From: Lytechinus pictus
Lineage: Eukaryota
Assembly (NCBI RefSeq): GCF_037042905.1
Contig: NC_087250.1
Location: 9,860,001 to 9,924,000 of the forward strand
DNA length: 64,000 bases
Reading direction: 5' to 3'
Of the stretch, positions 52,615 to 64,000 are shown piece after piece (position 1 is the first letter of the stretch; each line of letters starts with the position of its first letter). Below the pieces are notes generated by a model. That model saw only the letters and a program-made list of their open reading frames with translations. It was not told where the DNA came from and made no database searches. The position numbers and the translations under genes are program-made.

Positions 52615-52845
52615 TTAACCACATGAAACAGGGACCTTGCAGACAAAGGGATATCTAAAAGAACAGGGTGTGGCTTGCCATCCCGAAGGTATTCCCCCGT
52701 ACATTGTGTAATATGCATCGGACAAGTCCCGCAGTCCATATCCAGCAAGCCATTTGTTGTAGTTGAACGGTGTACCATCTGTCCAAACAAAGGGACCAGG
52801 TAAGCTGGGTCGGTGAAGCCCGATCCAGTATCCATTATCACCAAT
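52615..52845 (-). CDS. Gene 3 CTLD C-terminal exon (IGDNGYWIGLHRPSLPGPFVWTDGTPFNYNKWLAGYGLRDLSDAYYTMYGGIPSGWQATPCSFRYPFVCKVPVSCG*)
   Basis: Translated by hand; open frame of 77 codons with the same acceptor and stop as the gene 2 exon. Confidence 0.92.
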   Translation of the reverse strand: MGDNGYWIGLHRPSLPGPFVWTDGTPFNYNKWLAGYGLRDLSDAYYTMYGGIPSGWQATPCSFRYPFVCKVPVSCG

Positions 52846-53347
52846 CTGTAGGGAAATGACAGATAAAAAACCAAAGTAGGCTTAAATTTTTTCGATGAAA
52901 TCTGGGCCCGTAGCAAAAAGAGGGTTTGAATGTATAACCACATTTGCTTTGATTTTTATGAAAAGCCTGATGTCTATGAGAGATCGCCCCGGATAGGTCT
53001 AATGATTCAAAAGGCTAAACAAAACAATTGCTGCATACCATACATTTAAGTTAGGGCCTTTTCACACGTAAATCTTGAATCAGCATTGCAATGATGATTG
53101 CAATTCGTCTTTAGAATCATCGGACCTTTCACACGGAAAATTCGTATCGTAATTTGAATGAAACCTAACTGGAATTCACCTCCGGAATAGAATTTGAATT
53201 CGTGAATGTGATTAGCGTTCGTGATTCTAGTTTGGTTCCACACGTGCAAAAAAATCGTCACTAGCCTTTTTTTTTTACTGGAATCGTCGTTCAAATTAAG
53301 ATTTTTTTACCGTGAGAAAGGACGGTTAGTGACCTGAAAATACTCAC

Positions 53348-53535
53348 TAGCTTTCGCAATGTAGTTGTGAAATTTAGTTCCTCTTCACTATGGATAGAAA
53401 CCAGATCCCCACGACATGACTGTCCACTGGTGAAATTACGACAGGTATACATGGCGCTTGTAAAGCTGGCTAACTCGTAAAAGTGTTGGTAGCAACTTCT
53501 TTCAAAGAGTTTCCATGATGAATACGGGCAAAGAT
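53348..53535 (-). CDS. Gene 3 CTLD N-terminal exon
   Basis: Paralog of 22448-22635 with ES>QH and G>S changes; splice sites intact. Confidence 0.92.
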
Positions 53536-55720
53536 CTGCAGGTAATGATAATAATAGGCATTTATATGACTCCATCTATCTAGAAATATTATATTCCGAG
53601 GCGCGTTATTATTAATATTACCCCGGCTTTAGCTCGAGCTGACTTCCAGCGCTCATGCATTCAAAGAATTAATCCTGCCGGGTACCCATTCACCTCATCT
53701 ATGTTGAGTTTAAAACAATGTGGATAAATTTATTGCTGAAGGCTGGGATTCGAACCCACGACCCTCTGTTTTAAAGTCAGAAGACTTATCCACTGGGCCA
53801 CAACGCTCCACAATGTACAACAAAGAAAAGCAGAGATGGTGCCTATTATTAATTAAAATAGTTGGAATTCGGAGGGGTTTGAGTAATATGTCTACTATTA
53901 AAATCATACTGCATAGCTCATGTAGCTCTGATGCACATCGGGAATGCATTCACCCTTTGTATTCACAATGCAGTGTAACGGCAATCGCAGGTATAGCCAA
54001 AGATACTACAAGGGGAAGATCGGACACTTCGACGATATTTTGAAACGCTCGATAAATGCTTATGGGAAGGGCGCCCAAAAGCGTTGAGTAAGTAAACCTT
54101 CGCATATCTGCACGTGACTGTGTATAAAACCTATGGGGAAAATTAGAGAGGGGATTTTGGAGGGGTTTGGAGAGGGCTCAAGGGTGGCGCATGGGAATAA
54201 TTCCACGTTTTATTACTAAGAAACCTCTGAAATATATTCATCTCAAATTTAAGGAGAAAAAATTGAATGAAAACATTTTAAAATGTAAAATCGTCTATTC
54301 ATTCAGCCCTTCACCGTATCTCTTATATGTTTTGTACACAACCATCTCGCGATACGCAAAGGTAAAAAAGGGTCGTTACTTACTCAACGCTGTAGGGCGC
54401 TCTTCCCGAGCGTTTCATTACGCGGTCTAAGTACTGTCCGATCTTCCCCTTGTAGTATCTTTGGTATAGCGTTTCGGGGGTGCTGCATATGGGGAATACT
54501 ACACGCAGCACCCCCTAGGAAAACCCCATCACCCCGCTGACACATTCATATGTTCGTGAAAGCATTCTGCGTCGCGGTGCTAAACTCCCTATTTAGATGC
54601 ACTAGAGTTTCGTACTGCGACGCAGAATGTTTTTTTTAAGAACATAGGAATGTATTGCAAAAAGGTTTTCGTGACAAGGGGTAACAAAGAGGTCTTTGCC
54701 GAAAATTGGTGAATCATAACAAAAGTTTCGTCCGGGACTCTGGACGAACGATATATTTGCAATTTTCGTGTTTTTTGTAATATATTTATTTCAATACGGT
54801 TAAAAAAATACTTGCTTTCAGCAGACAAGGCTGTTTTTCAGCAAGTCCGTACAATTCAATTTACAAAATTCTCAAAAACAAGTAAGAAAAATAAAAACGG
54901 GTGTTTTCTACTCGCCGTACGGGGAATGGGACCGCAGCGTTAGGACGAAACTGCTGATTTGGTTCACCAATATTCGACAAAGACCTCCCAGCTTTTCATT
55001 GTCATTTGACGCCTATTTTCATATCGGTTTGTGTTATAGGAAAAAGCGATCAGCCGATACAACGTGCAACAATTTACTACATGGAATTTTAGACCAAGCT
55101 TCAGAAAAATTGAGGGGACGGAAACAGAACTACTCCATTGATTCATATGTCGGTTCGATAATGAGGGTGATGATGGTGAGGAAATAACATAAAAGATTAA
55201 ATCCATGCTGCACATTTGTTTCTTATACTCCACGTACTTCATGTACTTGAGTTTAATTTAAATCCAAAGTTAAGAATAAAGGACAAATGAGCTTACTTAA
55301 CATGTTTACCATCACAAGAATAATAGTAATGATAATGATATAACATTTATAGGGCGCTTAATACAGATGTTTCTAAGCGTTCAGTTTTCTGCTTTCTTTT
55401 TGAATTACCGGGGGAAAAAAGTGGTCTTAATGATTTCAAAACAAAATTTAAAGAAACAAACGAAACGCAACTAAGATACGCGCCTCCATATAGACCTACC
55501 CACAACTGATATCTAGACATTAAAAAGGTGGGTCTTTAGCAAGGTCTCAAGGGAGTTGGAACTATGGATACGTGATTGTAATTTATTCCACTGGATTAGA
55601 AAAGAAAAGGGTTTTTGGGGCGGTCATCGTCTTCCCTTGCTGCTCTCACACTTGAACATTCTTTATTTCGAAACCTACTATCGGTTTTTTCATCCACATT
55701 CTGGTCGTTTTTATACATAC

Positions 55721-55825
55721 CGACTGCACATGTTGGTCCTTGAAACCTGGCTGAACAAGAGCAGGTGAAACCTTCCAGTGTTTCCGTGCATGTTCCTCCA
55801 TTAAGACATGGGTTGGGTAAACAGT
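55721..55825 (-). CDS. Gene 3 EGF-like exon
   Basis: Same peptide, with one synonymous change (TCC>TCT); splice sites intact. Confidence 0.92.
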
Positions 55826-58273
55826 CTGAGATCGAGAATTTGACGTGACACGACAAATTGAAGTAGATGGGAAAGTGAGTTAGCAGGGCATATAGAAACG
55901 GAGAAAAGAGACAAAGGCAGAAACGGGGAGACAAATAAAGACAGAGGCAGAAACGGGGAGACATAAAAAGACAGAAGGGATGGTTTGGGAAATAAAAGTG
56001 ATATTGCCATCTTTATCGTCAGAGGAACAATTGTATTCAAAACCTGTTATTTTACTCTCAAAACACTCGACGGGCGGATCCAGAGGGGCACATTCGGCCC
56101 GTGCCACCCCCTTTTAGGAGGCATCAGTATTTTTTGTTTTGGTCATTCATAGACGTGACGACTTATTTTTTTATTTTATTTATTTTTTTGGCTTGTCAAA
56201 TTGTTCATGGAACAAAATGAAATTTCTTTGATATTGAAGACCTTTTTTTGCATGTCATTTTTTTCTACATCAAATAACCTCGAATTGGTAGTGAGTTCTT
56301 TTTTTTCCAACATTTTCCTATAAATACGTGCCTCCCCCTCCCCATTAGAAAATCCTGGATTCACCCAAGCTCGATACAATCCACACCCTTGTAGTACAAA
56401 CTAGACAATGCTTTTTTTTCCATGGCGTGAAATTGGTAGTTTCATTAGTATGTGGGCGATTCCATGCTAGAAAAATCAGCCATTTTCTCAACATTTTTCA
56501 ACCTGCTGTCCAGACGAACGAAGAACTTCAATTTGCTTTGTGGTAATATTGAAGGACTACTGGGTAGACATGCAAACAACTGACAACCAACACAAATATG
56601 TTGTCCATAGTTGAATTAGAGCTTAAAATGTTGCGTGCCGTACGGGACATTTCTGCGTCCCGTACAACACTTTTTACCTCTAATTTACCCACAATCTATT
56701 TTTTGTGTGTGTTGGTTATTAGTTTTTCACATGACTACCCACGATAGCTTTATCATTGACAACAAAGAATATTTTATTGCTCAAGCATTCGGCTAGGAAA
56801 CTAGAAATTGTCAAAATGTCCCGTACGAAACGCATGGAATCGCCCATGTGGAATTCACAGCGGAGCAATTGCCCAGAGGAGCAAATTTCATCGAATCATT
56901 ATGAGCCACCAATTTTCGACAACGAATTCTTGCTCTATGTCATAAAGGATACTCGATATTTTATCCTACATAAATCAAATTTTGTATACATATTGGTCAG
57001 AATAGCATCATGTGACCAAACATATTTTCACTATTTTGCGATGATGTTGAAAATGAAATGACCATTGAAGAAAATTGACTATTCCGTGATGTCAATAACG
57101 GAATAATGCACTATTCCATCATTGACATCTCATTATACTGACACACATCATGCAATCTCTCGGGCGCATCGGTCAGCGAGGCAATTCGACCGGGCAAATC
57201 TTTGGCGTAGGCACAAATCCGCGCGATATCTGTATTTCAGTTCAGATTAAAAATAGGATGAACTAGATGTGCAAGAACTAGATTATCAAGACGTATTGTT
57301 CTAACTTAATATTAAATGTACGATATAAAACAAATATACCAGGCTTTCATTTTGAAAGTAAAGAGGCAATTATTCATTCTCGGTTGCACTGGCAAAATTA
57401 GTAATGCCAGTCCAACCTCGGACAAATAATTACGCAAGGCCTGATATGTTTCTATAATATAATTTCCCTGCTTCTGGACCCTCCGAACATCGTGGAGCGA
57501 AAACTCGCTGCAGATATAAAAATGACAGTCTTAAAAGAGGCTTTGACAACATACCTGGGAGTTTGAAGATGAAGATGAATCGATTTGAAACGATTCTCTT
57601 TATCCCTGGCCAGTTGGTGTCATCTCTGACTATTAACTTGGGTTCCAGGGCAGCGATGTCTACCGTTTGCAGTAAGCCTGCTCCGCACCTTGCGTTTACT
57701 GGCATACCAAACTTTAAGACTGAAAAAAAAAATCAGACGAGATTCCAAGTCAGTCCCATCCCTACCGTCTTCGGTGAGCAAAAACAAATATGTGGCTTGG
57801 CCCTGGGAAGCGGGGGTATACTGGGGAGAAGGGGGGGGGGGGTATCTTTCTTTTTCTTTTTTCGCGAATTTTGTCGCCAAATTTGTCGTGATGTATATTA
57901 ACCTTGCTTGAGCTGTGATCAAACCAGCGCCTGAAACTGGATGAAAGTTGTCCGGATTCCAGCAGGAGAGCCAATTTGGGGAGTGTTATAGGATATCACG
58001 TATAAACGGAAGCGTAAAAGAAAACACTGGTACGCCGAGTACAAAACGAAATTGATTATTGATCATCGATTCTTTTTTTAAGCATCCATGGGACTAAGCT
58101 TGAAGGGAGGTTGATGATGTTGGAGAAGAATGCAATGAATAAGAGGGTTATCAACACAGAGCGTTCGTGCATAATAAGCTAAAAGATAAATGCAAAATAC
58201 CACAAAATATACGTATTGGGTTAGAAATATTACGGAATCCATGTGACATAAACGTAACTAAGTAAATACTTAC

Positions 58274-58328
58274 TCAAAAGCAAAAAGCTTGTTAGCACTA
58301 GAGATCTTCTAACGAAACCTCTCGTCAT
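58274..58328 (-). CDS. Gene 3 signal-peptide-like first coding exon
   Basis: Same sequence and splice sites as 4586-4640. Confidence 0.65.
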
Positions 58329-61300
58329 CTTCTTCAACGCCGAGTATATTTACTGGAAACAAGAGATGCGTAAATATGGACAAGTTTGTGTATTGATTTG
58401 ATTTTAACGCATTTACATAGCATTTATGATTTATGTCATTCACGCAGACAAGTTATTACATGAATGATAATAATAATACTAATTATTATTATTATTATAT
58501 AACTTATCCGTTAGTATTTGCACATATGGGCAGTTGTAATTATATATTATAACGGTAATGGATTTGAGTTTTTTTTCTAATCAGTATGACCATTTAGTTT
58601 CAAACGTTGTTCTTCCGAGGCCAAGTATAATAATAATAACAATAATAATAATAACAATAATGATAATAACAATGATGATAACAACAAAAGCTGGATTTTT
58701 AAGCGATCTTTGTCTGAGGATACATAGCGCTGCAATAATTACCCCAGCTTTAACTGTGCTGCCATGGCCCTTGGAAGCGGGGTGCTGAGTGTATTAATCA
58801 CCATTGGCAGCACCCCCAGGTATTCTGGCATAAATTGGGGGAAAATCTTAACCAAAATTACCCTCATTTTGTAGTAAAACCCCCTGTTTGTTGTTTTCTT
58901 TTTTCAAATTTCTTGAAACCAATTTGAGCTCCTGGAGGGCCCTGATACGGGCTAAAGCTGAAGCATTCAAGGAATTTCTTCCTACAGGTTACCCATTCAT
59001 CTCGCCTGGGTTGAGTGCAGCACAATGTGGGTAAATTTCTTGAAGGAAAGTAGACCATGGCTAGGAATCGAACCCACGTCCCTCAGATTAAAAGATGAGG
59101 GTCATAAAGTACTAGACCACGACACCCCCACATAAAGAGCAGAACAAATCGTAGCAGGTGATGGATGATCCGATGTTATCTCTTTTCCTCAACTTTGCAG
59201 GGCGTATATATGTTACCATCATAATCATAACACACACACAAACAAAACTACACCACGGTCGTTTCCCTCCAGGGCTGCAACTTGTCACCTTTGCTATTTC
59301 ATTCTTGCTTTCACTTAGTTTACGAATGTTTTTCGAATGTTTTCCAAGGACGTTATGTGCGTCAACGCAGAGAATAATCCTTTGTTCATAGGGGGGAACA
59401 ATGCTTACCCCCCCCAAAAAAAAAATTACTGTCCTCTGACTGACGCTCATGATGGACATGATGGTAAAAATGGTAAAGATAATGTCTGTTACCTCTGCCT
59501 TGTTTCCTTTTGCATCCGCAAGCCTCACAAAATTAGTACAGACCTTAAAACATTCATACTTATCAAGGCAGAATCTCCTAAGTCAAGAATACGCATGCAT
59601 TCAATGCGCGCAAATTGTGTTTCGTCGCAGAGCAACACACTACAGCAGTGGCACGAAGACAGCATTTACGCATTGATTGTCAAGATCCCAACGTGAGTGA
59701 TAGCTTTAAAGGGGAATCCAGCCCTGGCCATACACTGTTGTGTTGAGAAGGAGAAAAATAAATTAAAGAGAATGGTGATAGTTTGAAAGAAATTGGACAA
59801 GCAATAATAAAGTTATAGCTGTTTATAAATTGAGATCACTAATACTATGTAGATTTCAAATTGGCAAATGGGTAAGTAAATTATGACAAGGGGCAAGGAC
59901 AACTTTCCCATAGGCCATGTACTTTATTATCAGCGATTTGTGGTTTTCTCCTAAGTACCCATTCCCCTGGGGCCTTAATCTAAATATAAAAAAGGTAGTA
60001 TATTGTTTTATGTCCTCATGAAAGAAAAACATAAATTAAAATAAAACTTTTGGGAAAAATGACATTTTAGCCATAATATGCATTGGAGTACATGGAAGAG
60101 TATTCCTTGCCTTACATCACTATGACATCCCATATGCGGCCATTTGAAGTCTCCATGGGTATAGTGATTACCAATATTTACAACTTTTAAAAATTCATAA
60201 CTTTCTTGTTGTTTGTCCAAAATTGTTCAAACTTCCACCTATCAACTTGTCTGATTTTTCTTTTCCTTATAAAAACAAGTTTTTATTTGGGTTTGATTCC
60301 CCTTTAAAGGTATACGTTCCTGGAATTCATGAGGGCGTTGGACAAACTACGCTCAACTTGCGGCGCCAGCTACTCATTGGCACCAGTGCAATACGACGCC
60401 TACGCAGATGCCACGTTCTGTATGCCCGAACTGCATGACGACTTTCAATTCGCGTATGCTTCAGCTGCTGTTCAAAGATCTTGGCAGGTTGGCCCCGCCT
60501 CCTACTGCAGTGACGTAAGCAGATCAACGCAGCGCAGTACTGTGCATAGGTACATGCACATCACTGGTGATTGACAGCCGCATGCAAATTACTTGTACGA
60601 CAATGATCTTTGTAAAGAGGTAAGAGGCGAGTAGAGCAGTAACAATACCGTCCAACAGCGCCATACCTTTTAGTGAGCATATCCGAGATACCGAATTCAA
60701 ATGATGACCGGAAGCACTCTCAAAACAAAACAGTCGAAATGACTAGTTAATCGGGTCAGTTGAGTGCAAACTGTCATTCTAGTCATGTGTATTCTAATTG
60801 TATTTTACTAGAACAGAGTTATTTCTGACTAGAATATACGTCAGAAATGTGACTAGACATTGTCAGTTGCACCCAGCTGACTACTGATCTAGTCATTTTG
60901 ACTGCTGTGATTCAAGGATGTGTGACCAGGGCTTCACAAGACAAAGAGCCTTGCTCTAAAACTGACCATGCTCATGCATGGAATTAACTTCAAGAAAAAA
61001 AATTAATAGGACGAACATCCATTTCCCCCAGATACTTTTCCTATCTACAACATAAATGATTTATACCTCGGTCACATTTGCTCTACGGCGAGTCGAAAAC
61101 AGCCGTTTTATTCATTTTTTCTAAACCACCTTTATGTAGCTGGTACAAAAAGTTAAAACGGTCGTTTTCGATTCGCCGTACGGCCGCCGTAGAGCAAATG
61201 TGACCGAGGTATCAGTGTTAAACAGTGTGGCCCGTATTCTGAACTTCGGTTCAATCTAAACTCTTGTCTAAAGTTGTGGTTTAACAATGAAAAGTCAGTC

Positions 61301-61372
61301 GTGGCACAAGTCTCTAGGAAAAAAGTATTTGGCAGACTAGTTAATTAGAATATAAAAATGTGTAAAAATAGT

Positions 61373-64000
61373 AACTTATATATTTTTTCTTGCCATCCAG
61401 GCTGAAAGCTGGCTCATTAAACATAAGGAGCGCGCAATTAAAACCAAACCATTCAATTTTTGGCCTCTTATAGTTTTAACACTGGCTTAGACTATTCTAT
61501 AACTTACACCCTACTTCGGAATACCGTCCAACCTTATATATTTTTCTTGCCATCCAGGCTGGAGGCTGGCTCATTAAACATAAGGAGCGCGCAATTAAAA
61601 CCAAACCATTTAATTTTTGGCCTCTCATAGTTTTAACACTGGCTTAGACTATACTATAACTTACACCTTACTTCAGAATACCGTCCAACCTTATATATTT
61701 TTTCTTGCCATCCAGGCTGAAAGCTGGCTCTTTAAACATAAGGAGCGCGCAATTAAAACCAAACCATTCAATTTTTGGCCTCTCGTAGTTTTAACACTGG
61801 CTTAGACTATTCTATAACTTACACCCTACTTCGGAATACCGTCCAACCTTATATATTTTTCTTGCCATCCAGGCTGGAGGCTGGCTCATTAAACATAAGG
61901 AGCGCGCAATTAAAACCAAACCATTTAATTTTTGGCCTCTCATAGTTTTAACACTGGCTTAGACTATACTATAACTTACACCTTACTTCAGAATACCGTC
62001 CAACCTTATATATTTTTCTTGCCATCCAATCTGAAAGCTGGCTCATTAAACACAAGGAGCGCGCAATTAAAACCAAACCATTCAATTTTTGGCCTCTCGT
62101 AGTTTTAACACTGGCTTAGACTATTCTATAACTTACACCCTACTTCGGAATACCGTCCAACCTTATATATTTTTCTTGCCATCCAGGCTGGAGGCTGGCT
62201 CATTAAACATAAGGAGCGCGCAATTAAAACCAAACCATTTAATTTTTGGCCTCTCATAGTTTGAACACTGGCTTAGACTATACTATAACTTACACCCTAC
62301 TTCGGAATACCGTCCAACCTTATATATTTTTCTTGCCATCCAGGCTGGAGGCTGGCTCATTAAACATAAGGAGCGCGCAATTAAAACCAAACCATTTAAT
62401 TTTTGGCCTCTCATAGTTTTAACACTGGCTTAGACTATACTATAACTTACACCTTACTTCAGAATACCGTCCAACCTTATATATTTTTTCTTGCCATCCA
62501 GGCTGAAAGCTGGCTCATTAAACATAAGGAGCGCGCAATTAAAACCAAACCATTCAATTTTTGGCCTCTCTTAGTTTTAACACTGGCTTAGACTATTCTA
62601 TAACTTACACCCTACTTAGGAATACCGTCCAACCTTATATATTTTTCTTGCCATCCAGGCTGGAGGCTGGCTCATTAAACATAAGGAGCGCGCAATTAAA
62701 ACCAAACCATTTAATTTTTGGCCTCTCATAGTTTTAACACTGGCTTAGACTATACTATAACTTACACCTTACTTCAGAATACCGTCCAACCTTATATATT
62801 TTTTCTTGCCATCCAGGCTGAAAGCTGGCTCTTTAAACATAAGGAGCGCGCAATTAAAACCAAACCATTCAATTTTTGGCCTCTCGTAGTTTTAACACTG
62901 GCTTAGACTATTCTATAACTTACACCCTACTTCGGAATACCGTCCAACCTTATATATTTTTCTTGCCATCCAGGCTGGAGGCTGGCTCATTAAACATAAG
63001 GAGCGCGCAATTAAAACCAAACCATTTAATTTTTGGCCTCTCATAGTTTTAACACTGGCTTAGACTATACTATAACTTACACCTTACTTCAGAATACCGT
63101 CCAACCTTATATATTTTTCTTGCCATCCAATCTGAAAGCTGGCTCATTAAACACAAGGAGCGCGCAATTAAAACCAAACCATTCAATTTTTGGCCTCTCG
63201 TAGTTTTAACACTGGCTTAGACTATTCTATAACTTACACCCTACTTCGGAATACCGTCCAACCTTATATATTTTTCTTGCCATCCAGGCTGGAGGCTGGC
63301 TCATTAAACATAAGGAGCGCGCAATTAAAACCAAACCATTTAATTTTTGGCCTCTCATAGTTTGAACACTGGCTTAGACTATACTATAACTTACACCCTA
63401 CTTCGGAATACCGTCCAACCTTATATATTTTTCTTGCCATCCAGGCTGGAGGCTGGCTCATTAAACATAAGGAGCGCGCAATTAAAACCAAACCATTTAA
63501 TTTTTGGCCTCTCATAGTTTTAACACTGGCTTAGACTATACTATAACTTACACCTTACTTCAGAATACCGTCCAACCTTATATATTTTTTCTTGCCATCC
63601 AGGCTGAAAGCTGGCTCATTAAACATAAGGAGCGCGCAATTAAAACCAAACCATTCAATTTTTGGCCTCTCTTAGTTTTAACACTGGCTTAGACTATTCT
63701 ATAACTTACACCCTACTTCGGAATACCGTCCAACCTTATATATTTTTCTTGCCATCCAGGCTGGAGGCTGGCTCATTAAACATAAGGAGCGCGCAATTAA
63801 AACCAAACCATTTAATTTTTGGCCTCTCATAGTTTTAACACTGGCTTAGACTATACTATAACTTACACCCTACTTCGGAATACCGTCCAACCTTATATAT
63901 TTTCCCTTGCCATCCAGGCTGGAGGCTGGCTCATTAAACATAAGGAGCGCGCAATTAAAACCAAACCATTTAATTGTTGGCCTCTCATAGTTTTAACACT
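61373..64000 (+). repeat. 157/158-bp tandem satellite, about 17 units
   Basis: Same unit; the terminal variant (taattgttgg) appears at the window edge. Confidence 0.97.

Larger units (their letters stand above)
35014..54468. repeat. Segmental duplication copy B (19,455-bp period); homology actually begins near 34127
   Basis: Collinear with copy A; 34127-35013 also matches about 53628-54468. Confidence 0.97.
54469..64000. repeat. Segmental duplication copy C (runs off the right edge)
   Basis: Collinear with 1-8470 and 35014-44280; has a ~0.8-kb deletion near 55600 and an expanded satellite. Confidence 0.97.

Noticed and set aside
35014..64000. The whole duplication as uncollapsed haplotypes
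   Set aside because: Three copies of the 5' module, each with private variants, cannot all be two alleles. One copy being allelic is not excluded without read depth or long reads.

Overview
AT-rich, repeat-dense eukaryotic DNA. An invertebrate deuterostome such as a sea urchin is inferred from the repeat landscape and not proven. The window is a tandem segmental array with aligned positions 1, 35014 and 54469. It carries copies of a spliced minus-strand gene that the ORF track shows only in fragments: a signal-peptide-like exon, a 105-bp EGF exon, then two exons forming one C-type-lectin-like domain (CTLD). Two copies have all four exons (17029-39650 and 52615-58328); a third (2036-4640) runs off the left edge. 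The signal and EGF exons are essentially identical between copies. The CTLD ligand-binding segment differs by 14 nucleotide substitutions, all non-synonymous, plus a one-codon indel. One intron holds a nested stack: MITE > tRNA-SINE > two (TAA)n-associated R4/Dong-like RLE retrotransposons > a 5.3-kb TIR element > small MITEs. A 157-bp satellite made from a MITE's right end has 5, 10 and about 17 units in the three copies. All alignments and counts were done by eye.
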